A stretch of DNA of 64,000 bases, taken from Octopus vulgaris. Lineage: Eukaryota. Within the stretch, counting starts at the first letter, position 1. Each line of letters opens with the position of its first letter. Location of the stretch: NCBI GenBank assembly GCA_951406725.2, contig OX597816.1:16554001-16618000 (forward strand), read 5' to 3'. The translations under genes and the position numbers were made by a program. The notes under the pieces were generated by a model. It saw only the letters and a program-made list of their open reading frames with translations, searched no databases and was not told where the DNA came from. This document shows, in pieces, positions 1 through 13,350 of the stretch.

Positions 1-205
1 ACATGAGGAATATTGATGGAGCATTCTCATCAAAACTGTTACTAAGAGCAAACATAAAAGGATGGATGTAGTTGTTTGGGACAGACAAAGAGAAGCATGT
101 ACTTCTATAGAGATCATTTGCCCTGCTGATGTGAATATCTCTTAAAAATCAAAGAGGAAGAGGATAACTATGGACAACTGATTTGGCACCAACAGCTTAG
201 ATTAA

Positions 206-395
206 CCCTTTTATTACCGTATTTATTTTGAGATGCTCCGTTTCTTTCAATTAGTTTTAAATATAACAGAGAATTTAGTAAAATAACTTAGTTACCATTA
301 AGCTAGTGTTAGGAACATAAATTCAAAACTTAAGAAAACAAGACATTTGTACTACAGAGCCAGAGGCGGTTTTGGCCGGGTTGGTAATGAAAGGG
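206..395. mobile_element. piggyBac-type MITE
   Basis: TTAA (202-205) + CCCTTTTATTACC ... GGTAATGAAAGGG + TTAA (396-399). A decayed relative appears near 52922-53110. Confidence 0.8.
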
Positions 396-1317
396 TTAAA
401 AACTCACAGTTATACCAATAATAATTGGTACACTTGGTTTCATAAGTAAATGCCTAAGGGGCAATCTGGAAAAACTGGGGTTTTCAGAGAAAGAAATCAA
501 CCATCTAATACTTATGTGATGTAAACAATTTGTCAGTTGAAGAGTAAAGAAATATGCAAGACTTTTTCTTAGGTTCAAAATGTGACTTCATTTTTGTAAA
601 CTACTTTCCAATGACAGAGCTTTGTATCGTTGTTTGGAACCAGCTCCTTCCATACAGGAAGACTTCAAATAATTAAGAATGTGTGTATTTGTGTGTGTGT
701 GTGTGAATGCAAAAAGGAAAAGATGCAGTGGGATCACTAGAGAAGATAAATTTCATATGCAGGTATAAGCAGGAATAGCACATGGGAAATAGATTTTTGG
801 AACGCCTCAAGGCTTCCTATAAGTAATTGATAGTTTTTTAAATCAATTACTGATATGTGTGTGTGTGTACGCATGCATATATAATGGCTATACATATTTA
901 TGAAGCCTCAGCCAATAGTGATGATGGAAAGGGATTGGTGCATGAGCTAAGCTGTTGCACCGACAGAAGCAATGCTGGAAATGAAGCAGAATATAAACCT
1001 GGTTGGTTGGCTTTTTTGATGTGGATGTAGAGACAGTAACTTAACCACCTCTGCTGTGGCTTTGCCCCACATGCACTTACCACCTCTCCACCCATGGAGT
1101 CTACATGGAAGAAAGACAAGTCAATATGTCAGCAGCATCCATGAAGAGGCAAGGCATGCCAGATAATGGTTAAAGATAGCCATACATATCTACCTTAGGG
1201 TTCGTCCCTCCTCTGGAATTTTTTATAGGGGTTTACTTTCCTTTTTTTTTTTCAAAAATGTTACTCCAGAAAGAAGCAACAGTTTATCATTATAAGTGGG
1301 TATGGTCTGTGTATGGT

Positions 1318-1712
1318 CTCTTTTACTTGTTTCAGTCATGTGATTGTGGCCATGCTGGAGCACCGCCTTTAGTCAAGCAAATCGCTCCTAGGACTTATTC
1401 TTTGTAAGCCTAGTACTTATTCTATCAGTCTCTTTTGCTGAACCGCTAAGTTACAGAGATGTAAACACACCAGCATTGGTTGGCAAGCGATGGTGGTGGT
1501 GGGGGAAACAGACACACATACATACATATATATATATACATATATATGACGGGCTACTTTCAGTTTCCGTCTACCAAATCCACTCACAAGGCTTTGGTCG
1601 GCCCGAGGCTGTAGTAGAAGACACTTGCCCAAGGTGCCACACAGTGGGACTGAACCGGGAACCATGTGGTTCGTAAGTAAGCTACTTACTACACAGCCAC
1701 TTCTACGCCTAT
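1318..1712 (-). mobile_element. tRNA-head SINE family A (CORE-like 'accttgggcaagt' domain, internal microsatellite, 'gaaacaagtaaaagag' tail)
   Basis: Highly similar to many dispersed copies in the window. The head ggagtggctgtgtggt...ggttcagtcccac contains A/B-box-like sequence. Confidence 0.85.
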
Positions 1713-2304
1713 GCTTACCACTCAATTTTTTTGCAATAATTGTGATGAAAAGAGTACTGTCAGTTTGACAGGCAGGACCTTGGGAGAGACATGTGGAGTA
1801 GGCACATGAATGTATCTTGGGTATTCATGTAAGGGTCTTGGGCAATAATGAGAGGTACGAGAATGGCAGTGTACCATCCTTCCAGTAAACCCACTATACC
1901 CTACAAGGTTGGCACTGGACTTAGGAAAGACAGAAGTACAGTGATTCACACATTGGCTAAAGAAGTAGAAAAGATGATTCATCATTCATATGGCAGAGGC
2001 ATTGGAAAGAAAGATCAAAGCTGAAAACAAAGAACAAATCCAGTGCAAGTAATTAAAATAATTGCTCCCTGGTTGCAGTAGTTACATTTGTACCAATTTG
2101 GTGTGGTAGCTGCGAAATAAAAAGAGGTGGGGACGGGGAGCATGTTCCAGCATGAGGGCTACAGAACTTTGGTATTCTCTGGTATCATCAATAGTAATCT
2201 AGTTGGTATTGCTAGAAGGAGTGACACACTTGGAAGGTACCAAAATCATTGTGATCTCCAGTTGATAGCTGATAAAACAGTGTGTATCACAATGCAAGCT
2301 GTAT

Positions 2305-2359
<55 letters not shown>

Positions 2360-2360
<1 letters not shown>

Positions 2361-2626
2361 AGTTAAGCAAAAATTTAGATTCAGATGAATATGGTACTTA
2401 AGTTAAAGGCACCAGAATTTGGTATGGTATTGTAATCAAAATAAGCAACAAGGATATCCAAAGGTAGTGTAGTACAATCATTTCATGCTACTTCATTTAA
2501 TTAAACAATGTAAGTATTACATCCTACATTTTAAAACTGATGTAATACTTACATTGGTTAAATAAATGAAGTAGCATGAAACGATTGTACTACATTACCT
2601 TTGGATATCCTTGTTGCTTATTTTGA
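2360..2626. mobile_element. Foldback Penelope-like remnant with a degenerate hammerhead
   Basis: Inverted arms 2436-2523 / 2539-2626, lying between (CA)n/(TA)n tracts. Motif CTGATGT(2537)...GAAAcgattgTActac(2578-2593). Confidence 0.7.
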
Positions 2627-2671
<45 letters not shown>

Positions 2672-3392
2672 CACAAACACATACAATTTGTTTGTATGTC
2701 TACCTACATATCTATTGGTGTGTCATACTTTAGACATAAGGACAGTTATAAAAACTGACTGTAAACAGTGTTGATACTATGTTGCAACTACAGAAGACTG
2801 CTTTACTTAACATGCTTCCACAATATAAAGTTGCTTATTCCCATCAAGATATCTATGAGGTAAACCGTCGGATCAATTTTAAGCAATATATGCTATCATC
2901 ATCCACTCTGTCCTGGCACTTTTCACTCCCTCATCTTCACATCATTTATTACAGACATCTATCACTCTATCCCTCACCCATTTTCATCATCAGCCATCTC
3001 TTGATCTTTCTCTCGGTGCAGCCATCTGGTTTGCCAGTCCTCAGTCAAAATCATCCAACCCATGCCAGCATGGAAAGCGGATGTTAAACAATGATGATGA
3101 TGATGAATCAAACATGAAGCAGTGATCAGTTTTTCTTGTCTTGGTCATTCTGGGAATGCCATTTTTTTTCTGATTACCCCTTCACTATTGCCCTTTCACT
3201 CTAATCCCTGTCATTGTACATTTGTTCTATTCATATTCTCACCCTATTTTTCTAAAATCACTCCCTTTTCTATTAACCCTTTTGGGTCATGTTGCCTTGA
3301 ATTTAAGGAAACACTGTAGTCGTGATAACTGTATTATTCTGAGTGACACAAGGGAACATAACCTGTCTGTACTGAATAAAATGGACCCAATA

Positions 3393-4262
3393 CAGGTGCA
3401 GGAGTGGCTGTGTGCTAAGTAGCTTGCTTACCAACCACATGGTTCCAGGTTCACTCCCACTGTGTGGCACCTTGGGCAAGTGTCTTCTACTATAGCCTTG
3501 GGCCAACCAAAGCCTTGTGAGTGGACTTGGCAGATGGAAACTGAAAAGAAGCCTGTCACGTATATGTATATATATAATTTACAAGATAAGGGCAAAAGAA
3601 AAATTCTAATGCCAAATATGCCGGAAAAAGACAAAAATTGTCAATAACCATTATAATTTATGCGTCTTGAAACAAACCGATAGAAATTTCTAAAAAATCC
3701 GTTATTACCACATTGGTCCAATTTCGGGGTTAATTCATAAAAATTTTCCCCTCTTCAGCAATAAATACGTGGGATATAAGTGAAATACTTACTCATACCC
3801 ATGGAAAAAGCAAGCACTAAGTCCCGACAGACCTAAGTACCCCAAATATATTCAAAATAGAAAATCTTCGGCACATCTCGAGACACGTGTGATTCGATCC
3901 AGAAACTTTCATAGAGTGAGAGAATCTGGAAGTGAACACTATTAAATTTATAACTAATGTAGGATAAAATTTTTTTCGGGAAAAAAATTTTATCAATGGC
4001 CAGCATATCAAAAAATACCTTTAAAGGTTAAATTTATAAATAATTTACAAGATAAGGGCAAAAGAAAAATTGTTTGTTTCGAGACGCATAAATTATAATG
4101 GTTATTGACAATTTTTGTCTTTTTTTTGGCATATTTGGCATTAGAATTTTTCTTCTGCCTTTATCTTGTAAATTATTTATAAATTTAACCTTTAAAGGTA
4201 TTTTTTGATATGCTGGCCATTGATAAAATTTTTTTCCCGAAAAAATTTTTATCCTACATTAG

Positions 4263-4306
<44 letters not shown>

Positions 4307-4508
4307 ATATGTTTGTCCTCCCAACATCGCTTGACAATCAATGCTGGTGTGTTTACGTCCCTCGTAACTTAGCGGTTCAGCAAAAGAGACCGATAGAATA
4401 AGTACTAGGCTTACAAAGAATAAGTCCTGGGGTCGATTTGTTTGACTAAAGGTGGTGCTCCAGCATGGCCGCAGTCAAATGACTGAAACAAGTAAAAGAG
4501 TAAAGAGT
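3393..4508 (+). mobile_element. SINE family A interrupted in its (TA)n tract by a foldback element
   Basis: Head at about 3393-3560 and tail at about 4290-4508 match other family A copies. Confidence 0.85.
3574..4267. mobile_element. Hammerhead-bearing Penelope/retrozyme-like element: 466-bp unit plus inverted arm
   Basis: Direct repeat 3574-3605 = 4040-4071. Segment 4072-4267 is the reverse complement of (3949-4039 + 3574-3677). Minus-strand motif CTGAAGA-gggg...cccc-GAAA-ttggaccaa-T at about 3702-3764. Confidence 0.7.
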
Positions 4509-4928
4509 AATACATTCTCTAAAGAGATTAACAAACAAGTAGGGACAAAGCATGTCTGTATGACATGACAACCTCTCTAATGTTGGTGCAATGAGAACAT
4601 GCATCCAGCAGACACTGTAAAGTGATTGGTGCTAGGAAAGGCATCTAGCCATAGAAACCATACCAGAAGTGGACAAATGAATGAGATGAGGTCCTCTAAA
4701 CCACCAAGAAGGGCAAATAGCATTGAAATAGCATTGACTTGATCCCTGACAAACTGTCCAACCCATGTAAGTACAAAGAGTAGACAGATGATGATGATGA
4801 CGATGACGACGACAATGCTGGTGTTGATGATGTTTGTCAAGCAGTGAAATAGATATAAAATTATTTTGTAAAAATCTAATCCAACAAATTTACACTATGT
4901 TCTTCCTTTGCTAGAATTTGAAGAGCAT

Positions 4929-4959
<31 letters not shown>

Positions 4960-5949
4960 ATCATGCTTGGCAGAATCAGATGTGTACGTAATTTGTGTTG
5001 TGTTGGTAAATGCACGAATGTGTAAATTCTTGTATTTGTGTATATGTATGCGTGAATCAAATTATTTCCCTTGATTTTTTCACTTTCCTTGAGAGCAATC
5101 TACCTTATCCTGAATTAACATGAAACCAACTGGAACAGAATAGAGGAAGCTTGAACGTATCATGCAAATCAGACATTCAAACACACACACACACACATTT
5201 GTATATATTCTTATATTCTTACATTCTTACATTCTGTTATCTATTTTTGTCAAATGCTTATTTTATCTATCTTATTAATGAAATGATGATGTTTTATATA
5301 TTTGCTATAAACATACTTCATTTGAAGCACCAATTTACTCAAGTATGCAGAAACATAAACACGTGTCCCTACAAAGGACCATCAAGGTGGTTGCTGAACC
5401 TATAAGAAATAGCTGCCAAATCAGGCTCAAATCACAGCTTTTCACTATTAACAACAACAACAAAAAAAAAAGAAACAGATAATGTACTCTTGGCTTCCTG
5501 GTACATAGATGTTTGCAAGACATCTATGAAATAGATGTGATAGTCATGGGAGGAATACATTTGAGTATAGATCTGCTTCATTGATCTGAGGCCATAGCAA
5601 CAATACATGCATATGCAAGTGTGCATACACACATACAAAGGCCCACACCTAGCTTCCATCAACAAAACACTGACTTTAGTCCAATCCAAAGCTACAGTGG
5701 AATACAGTTACACAAGGTGCTGTGGTGCATTGTGATTGAACCCAAAACAATGTGATTGCAATATGAACATCTTAACCACATGTCTATATCCTTGATTTTG
5801 CTTCTACTAAATATTGATAAAAATAAGTATATATATGTATATTTATATACAAAATAAGAAAATGGAGAAATACACCTTAATCAATAATCAACTACCAGAT
5901 AATATCCAATCACACAATTTATTAAACCACTACACATGAACATTTTTTA

Positions 5950-6250
5950 TTTATGCGTCCTTTTCAAGCCTAGCCATGAGCCCAGTTTCCCGGTTTCTGT
6001 GGCATATGTGTTCCCCTCAGCTGGATGGGATGCCAGTCCATCACAGCGTTACTCAAGAAACAGGAAGTAAGAGTGAAAGAAAGTGGGGTGAAAGAGTACA
6101 ACAGGGGTCGCCACCACCCACTGCCAGGGCCTTGTGGAGCTTTAGGTGTTTTCGCTCAATAAACACACACAACGCCCGCTCTGGGAATCAAAACCGCGAT
6201 CCTCCGACTGCAAGTCCACTGCCCTAACCACTGGGCCATTGCGCTTCCAC
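5950..6250 (-). mobile_element. tRNA-derived SINE family D
   Basis: Minus-strand head gcgcaatggcccagtggttagggcagtgg...cggttttgattcc is shared with copies at 8050-8338, 46773-47062 and 51009-51392. Confidence 0.8.
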
Positions 6251-6280
6251 ACACACACACACACATATATAAATATATAT

Positions 6281-6496
6281 ATTGGTAAAAACGGTAAGAT
6301 AACAAAAGAAAGAGAGAGACCTCAATATTATGTAAATAGAGGAAATTTATCTATAAAATAATATGTTACATTTACTCAATAGTCAAGATAAAACTCTGAA
6401 AACTGAAGAGATGGTGTTGTGGATTTCCACTTCGGCATCTGAAACTCAGAGTTTCATCTTGACTATTGAGTAAATGTAACATATTATTTTATAGAT
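6281..6496. mobile_element. Foldback element with a hammerhead core in the loop
   Basis: Arms 6349-6399 / 6446-6496. Motif CTGAAGA(6403-6409)-gatg...catct-GAAA(6441-6444)-ctcagag-T. TA-rich flanks. Confidence 0.7.
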
Positions 6497-7822
6497 ATAA
6501 ATATATATATATATGTATATATATGAGAAAGGAAAGACATGCAGATACATACCTATGTATATGTATGCATCCATGGGTACAAAACATTATATATGCATGT
6601 GTGTGTGGGTGTATAGAGAGAGAGAGAGAGAGAAAAGAGTGACAGTGACGGAGAGAATATTATCTTGAGTATAATAAAAAAATATGATGGCGTACTTGAA
6701 TTAAATTTTTAAGAAAAGCTACTTTGCTTTTATGCGCATGGTGGTATATGCTCTTCTCTGTGTTACTTTTTTTTAAATGCAACCAAATAGATTTTGCATT
6801 TTTATTTGGGAATAATTTTCCATATATTCTTGAGATGAAAGTCTTATATTATATTAGTGATATAATCTATTCATGATCATATCTTCTTTATGTGTTCCTA
6901 GTGATGGATTGAAGACAACGCTGGCTTCAGCAATGCAGCATTCTTAAAAAGGAACTAGAATTAACGAGTCAAAAACGGTTCCTATAGAAAAAAAAAAAAC
7001 AGAAAAACATCACATAAAGATGAGAACAAAATCTCATTTGTGTTTTTATTTACTGAAGTTGCTGTATAGACTTGATGATAATTGAGTTTTCAGCATTTCC
7101 ATCAAATGAATGTAATCAGGTTTATCACTACATTTCAAAGAAGTTGACATGAATGGATGCAGTAAAAGAACAATACAGTTTATTTAATTTAGCCTAAGTT
7201 AAGATGTGTAAAGTAACTTTTAGTTTCTTGGTGAAAAGCAACATTTCAAAATGATACTCAGACATGATATTTAGTTATACTATTGCAATACTAATGTAAC
7301 AATAACAAGAATTACATAAACAAAGTAGGCGAGAGAAAACTATAAACTAGTGATACCGATGTTGTTACTATGTTTACATTAATTATCAATGTAGTCTTTG
7401 TTATTTTTTCCCATTATCAATATGAAATTATTTTATTGAGACACAAATTACTCCTTTTAAGACTCAATAATGTGAGCAGATGCATATGTATATTTGTTTG
7501 TATTAGTGTATATGCGAGTATGGTTGAGTTTTGTGTATGTAATTTAAATGTCTGTATGTATTTTGTGTTATATGGCTTGTGAAAGGTGTTTTTTTTTTCA
7601 TTTATGTCTTCTAATGAGCAAATACTCAGTCACAATAATGACTGAATGTAGTGCTGATACAAGAATATATTTTAGGAGAAAAATCTAGCTATGACATGAG
7701 TAAACAATAGTCATGTATGCACACTCATTGATACATTTATGCATATAATTATACAACACACGCGCACACACACACACACACATATATATATACACACCCA
7801 ATTAGTAAAAAGTTATTACAAG

Positions 7823-7942
7823 TTTCATGCTTTAAGATACATTAAATTGGTAGATTTCTATAATATTCCATGTACCTCCAAGCCTGGAAACATGCGCCCT
7901 GTTATATAAATCTGCCAATTTAATGTATTTTAAATCATGAAA
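7823..7942. repeat. Decayed inverted repeat, probably the same foldback class
   Basis: Arms 7823-7863 / 7902-7942 with about a 38-nt spacer containing GAAAcatgcg. Confidence 0.6.
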
Positions 7943-8049
7943 TTATGAGTAGCAGTTTTGTAATTGTGTATATTAAATGATATTTATCTCTCATTGGATG
8001 GAGTACCTTCTTGTTCATCCTACATATAATGGAATTATGATATATATCA

Positions 8050-8333
8050 ACGTCACAGTGACCGACCAGGCTATCAGATGTTGCTACACATCGCTGGTCA
8101 CAATGCGTTTTGTATTGTTTTAGCCTTTAAATGACACCACCCCGCTGGCTAAGCGAGCAGGCCAACAGAAGAAAGAGTGAGAGAAAGTTATGGCGAAAGA
8201 GTACAGCAGGGATCGCCACCACTCCCTGCCAGAACCTCGTGGAACTTTAGGTGTTTCCGCTCAATAAACACAACGCCCGGTCTGGGAATCGAAACCGCGA
8301 GTCCGCTGCCCTAACTACTGGGCCATTGCGCCT

Positions 8334-8338
<5 letters not shown>
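8050..8338 (-). mobile_element. SINE family D
   Basis: Head tggaggcgcaatggcccagt on the minus strand; body shared with 5950-6250. Confidence 0.8.
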
Positions 8339-8390
<52 letters not shown>

Positions 8391-8727
8391 GTTATGGAAT
8401 GGAGTAGGAGAAATCCAAGCTACATATGTTTCATAGCAAGGTAAAATCCAAGTGAGGCATATTCTGCTGTTTACTCTTTGATTAAATTAAAGCTACATTG
8501 TCACGAAGAGGTACATGCTGATGCAAAGAAGATTCAATTGGAATGTGTGGGGAGCACAGAATGAGAGAGGTATATAAGTATATACCAAAGAAGTTTGCTT
8601 GTAAACATACAGTTCTTGGTTCAATCACAGTCACACTGTAGGTAAGTTCAATAATATCAGATTGACTCAAACATTGTGAGTGGAATTTGGTAGACAGAAA
8701 GTATATGGAAGGCCAGCATATATGTAT

Positions 8728-8960
8728 AAGGCGGCGAGCTGGCAGAAACGTTAGCACGCCGGGCGAAATGCGTTGCCGTATTTCGTCTGCCGTTACGTTC
8801 CAAGTTCAAATTCCACCAAGGTCGACTTTGCCTTTCATCCTTCCGGGGTCGATAAATTAAGTACCAGTTACGCACTGGGGTCGATGTAATCGACTTAATC
8901 CATTTGTCTGTCCTTGTTTGTCTCCTCTGTATTTAGCACCTTGTGGGTAGTAAAGAAATA
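8728..8960 (+). mobile_element. SINE family B (Deu/Nin-domain-like 'gcctttcatccttccggggtcgataaattaagtacca')
   Basis: Repeated at 10112-10345, 53287-53697, 57676-58020, 59098-59790 and 63130-63700. Confidence 0.8.
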
Positions 8961-9629
8961 TATATGTATAATGTATGTGTGTGTGTGTGCATGTCTATCC
9001 ATATGTAAAGTCTGGTTAAAAACTGATGTTATATTTATATTGCTTCGTGTTATGTTCTGTGATCTAGCAGTTCAAGAAATAGAGATCAGTAAAATAAATG
9101 TCAAACTTAACTAATTACATAGGTCACTATGGCTGACTAAAATCTTTAATACTGTGCTCCAGAAATGGCTGTGGTCCAATGATTGAAACCAGCTGAAGAA
9201 AAAAAATCCACCAATATTTTTGTTTTGATGAGTTTGTACTAAAGGAAATATTTAACAGTTGCCAAACTAGCCTACACATGCAAATTATTTTACCAATTTA
9301 TAAGCAAAGTATCTTTTTGTATGAAGCTATAAGCTATTAGAAGTGTAAGGAAACTGACAAACTTGTCATTCTGTTTGTGTTTTTTTTGTTGTTTTCTTTA
9401 TATCTGAGATGAGTTTGTATGAATGTTTATTTTTTCTGATTATTTACTTCATCTTGTATATTTTTGTTAATGGACATTTCATTCCATTGCCTTGCTCTCA
9501 GCAACGTCACCTGAATATGAAAACACCAATGGAAACATTGTGTCAACAATACATGCAATATAAGAAAAATAGTCTGAAGGACACATGTCTGTGTTTCTGG
9601 TTATGTGTACCATTTAATTTGTATTTCTG

Positions 9630-10025
9630 TGGGTTCAGATGTGGCAGTGTAGTTATGAAGCTAACTTTGCAAACTGTATGGTCTCAGGTTCAAGCCCAGT
9701 ATGTGACACCTTGGACAAGTGTCTTCTGCTATAATCCTGGGGCAATCAATGCCATGTGAGTGAATTTTGTAGATGGAAACTGTGAGGAAGCTTATACATG
9801 TGTGTGTCTTTGTGCTTGTGTTTGTCTTCCCATCATTTCACATCCAAAGTTGGTTTGTTTATATCCTAATGAATTAGCTGTGCAGCAAAAAAAACCAATA
9901 GAACAAATACCAAACCTTAAAAAATATAATTACTGGGGTCAATTTGTTCAACTAAACAGTTCAAGTTGGTTACTCCAGCATGGCCACAGTCTAATGACTG
10001 AAATGAGTAAAAAGTAAAGAGTAAA
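9630..10025 (+). mobile_element. SINE family A, diverged
   Basis: Head, core and tail motifs are recognisable. Confidence 0.75.
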
Positions 10026-10111
10026 GCAAATCCCTTTATGCAAAAAATATTGAGGCCTCAGCAAAATTTAGCACAGGCTGAAGTTTTAGGAGGTAGTAAA
10101 GAAGACATTCT

Positions 10112-10348
10112 TATTTCTTTATTGCCCACAAGGGGCTAAACATAGAGGGGGACAAACAAGGACAGACAAAGGGATTAAGTTGATTACATCGACCCCAGTG
10201 CATAACTGGTACTTAATTTATCGACCCAGAAAGAATGAAAGGCAAAGTTGACCTTGGTGCAATTTGAACTCAGAACATAATGGCAGACGAAATACTGCTA
10301 AGCATTTTGCCCAGTGTGCTAATGTTTCTGCCAGCTCGCCATCTCAAG
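10112..10348 (-). mobile_element. SINE family B with a 14-bp target-site duplication
   Basis: aaagaagacattct at 10098-10111 and 10349-10362. Confidence 0.85.
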
Positions 10349-10859
10349 AAAGAAGACATTCTCTTGCTGCCATCAGGGAAATGGCCATGTTTGATAATCA
10401 GGAAAGGAATGAGGAGGAATTCCATTCATTATCATCAGTGTGGACAGTGGTTGCACAACACTGGTTGGGATACAATGGTGCTACTGTTGATTTTAAGAAA
10501 GACAGGGTCAGCCAAACGTCAAACAAAATAAATCCAATACTCTCTGGAATTGTCAAAGGCATACTTCAATTTTTCTAAAATTGGATAAAACAAATAAAAT
10601 AACTATGAATACACACATACTTATATGTGAACACCGTAGTACATCTCCAGCATTAGAAGCTATGCAAAGGCAATGATAATATTAATAATAATAATAATAG
10701 TAATCATAATAAAATGTCATATGTTTCAGTGTGTAACTTTTGGCCAACTCTGTATGTATTGTTGCAGTTTTGTGTATTATTTAACACTTCTATCATCCTC
10801 CTGCAAGGGTTGATCAAATAAAATACCAGTCAAGTACTGGGAGTCAATGCTATCAACCA

Positions 10860-11195
10860 ATCCTGCTCAAAAGCTCCTGGAATAAGGGTTGTTTAAGGAC
10901 GTTGAATGAAACACACATGTTTCCAGAGGTGAATTATTCAAACCCCAAAGAATCCCTCTCAACACATGGCTATGATGCTCCTCCACTACTTCTGCTCATG
11001 ACCAGAGATGCACATATCGTCAGCCACTAAGGGACATGCTCAACTGGTTAAGGTCAAACAACTGACAAGCAAATCTGTGGTATTGAGCAGAATATTTGCT
11101 GTAGTCCCATCTTTTATACCAAGACAAAACAATGTACATGATAACACTTCCAGTCAGTTAAGACCAGAAGGCATGAGAACCACCACCTGGTACAG
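10860..11195. mobile_element. Dispersed repeat family E (SINE or LINE 3' end)
   Basis: gaataagggttgtttaagga...gataacacttcca..cagttaaga is also present within 57165-57650. Confidence 0.65.
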
Positions 11196-12021
11196 CATCA
11201 TCATCACCATCATTATTATTATTATTATTATTATGATTATGATCATTATTATTATTATGTTGCCACTGAGATAAACTTTGTCATTCATCTATTGAGAATT
11301 GATGAAATATGAACCATTATGTCCTTGGGTCAATGTAATTGACTTACCCTCTCCACACAATTGCTGGACTTGAGCCAAAACTCAAAACCAATATTTCTAT
11401 TTCCTTAATATTTTTATCAAGTATAATAACAGATGAAAGAGATGATACTCCCTACCAAAAATTTATTAATTTATCAAATGGTTTATCAAAAACCAAGATT
11501 ACCATACATCATATCGAACTTTGAAAGAAGTCCCTCCTAACATAATATTTGATAATAGTTGACTGCACAACAGAACAGAGACAAACAACAATTTTTGAGA
11601 TGAGTTATTATGATTATAATTTTAATTTTCCAGACTATTAATTTCATATTTCTTCTTTTTATGCATCACACAATATTTCAGTTTGTCCAATCGTTGATCA
11701 TCTTTAAGCTACCCTGCTCCCGCATAAACATTTCCCACAAACAGGGTTTAAATGAAGAACCTTTGTTTTTAAATGCGGAGTTTCAAAGTTCTTAACCACT
11801 TTGCTAGATAAAGTTAGCAGTCCAGAAAATTTAATTATGATAGAATAGAGCTTGTTTGTAACATTGATGCACTTTAGAAGTCTACTATTTAGCTGCCTAT
11901 CAATTAATTTGAGCTCGCTTCATTCTGAAAATGGATGAGTTGGAAATAATTTCATTTATATGTAATGTTTCCATTACAATGATTACAAACACATACACAC
12001 ACACACACACATGCACACACA

Positions 12022-12089
12022 CACACACGCTTGTACACACACGCTTGTACACACACGCTTGTACACACACGCTTGTACACACACACACA
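12022..12089. repeat. 14-bp minisatellite (gcttgtacacacac)x4 inside (CA)n
   Basis: Units start at 12029, 12043, 12057 and 12071. Confidence 0.9.
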
Positions 12090-12944
12090 TGTTGTTTTCT
12101 GATCTCAATTCCAGATAACTGTGTTTACAAGAGACAGGATTAGAGCAGGATAATGTGTGCAGCATGAAGATATGTAGCATTAAATTAAAAAAAAATAAAT
12201 AATGATAATAATAACATCCTTCAGAAGAAACTAGCAAAAGAAGCCTCTATGCAGTGGCTCAGACTGTTAGAAATAGCAGCTTGATTACTTGATCATTCTC
12301 AGAAGAGAGAGAGAGAGAGAGAGAGAGACATTGGTTAATGTAGTCTTATACAATGTGAAAATAAAAGATGGAATGGTCATGGTTGGAATATTTTTGATCA
12401 TATTTATGGGTTATTATATATATCATCATCATTGTTTAACGTCTGTTTTCCATGCTAGCATGGGCTGGACGGTTTGACCGGGGTCTTGTAAGCCAGGAGG
12501 CTGCAGTCAGATCTGGCAGTGTTTCTACAGCTGGATGCCCTTCCTAACGCCAACCATATATATATATATATATATATATATACATTCAGCAACAATCTTT
12601 TTTATCTGGATAGTACACTGTTTCCAAAATTACACACACATTATATATTCTCAGCATTCAAGTAATGAATTCACAGCAATCTGTTGCTTTGGTGGTGCAA
12701 TGCCTCATCACAAAATACACTAGTTTCTACTTTACGGCAAAACATACAATAGCAGGAAAAGAGTAACTGTCATACTCTGCCACCACCATCTCCACTACCA
12801 ATGTAGCCATCAGTAATGGAAGGACACAAGGCACAATGCAGACCCTGGTGTATAAAAATATAGGATGATCATAGTTGGAATGATTTTTACTATAGTTTTG
12901 TTCAACCAGAGCTGAACTAAGGGCTAAACAAAGTAAATAAACTG

Positions 12945-13350
12945 TGGCTGTGTGGTAAGTAGCTTGCTTACCAACCACATGGTTCCGGGTTCAGTCCCAC
13001 TACTTAGCACCTTGGGCAAGTGTTTTCTATTATAACCTCGGGCCGACCAAAGCCTTGTGATTGGATTTGGTAGACAGAAACTGAAAGAAGCCCGTTGTAT
13101 ATATGTATATATATATATATATAAGTGTGTGTGTATATGTTTGTGTGTCTGTGTTTGTCCCCCCAACATCGCTTGACAACCGATGCTGGTGTGTTTGCAT
13201 CCCCGTAACTTAGTGGTTCAGCAAAAGAGACCGATAGAATAAGTACTAGGCTTACAAAGAATAAGTCCTGGGGTTGATTTGCTCAACTAAAGGCGGTGCT
13301 CCAGCATGGCCGCAGTCAAATGACAGAAACAAGTAAAAGAGTATAAGAGT
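12945..13350 (+). mobile_element. SINE family A
   Basis: Near full-length match to other copies. Confidence 0.85.

Noticed and set aside
898-1119. GC-richer 73-aa ORF as the next receptor exon
   Set aside because: No VFT motifs; more likely a decayed repeat fragment.
1417-1725. Recurrent ORFs such as 'LLTNHMVPGSVPL.GTLGKCLLL' and 'LQLDALPNANHS'
   Set aside because: SINE families A and C read in frame; not genes.
3875-3916. Second hammerhead relic (CTATGA...GAATcacacgtgTC) in the 466-bp unit
   Set aside because: Too many core changes and no clear helix II.
9501-9563. Plus-strand AG-preceded short frames here and at 6902-6946 (possible nested gene ends)
   Set aside because: Too short, no recognisable product and no linking exons.
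10363-10753. Possible Tc1-like transposase relic ending ttttggccaactctgta
   Set aside because: No matching left TIR or clear DDE motif found by eye.
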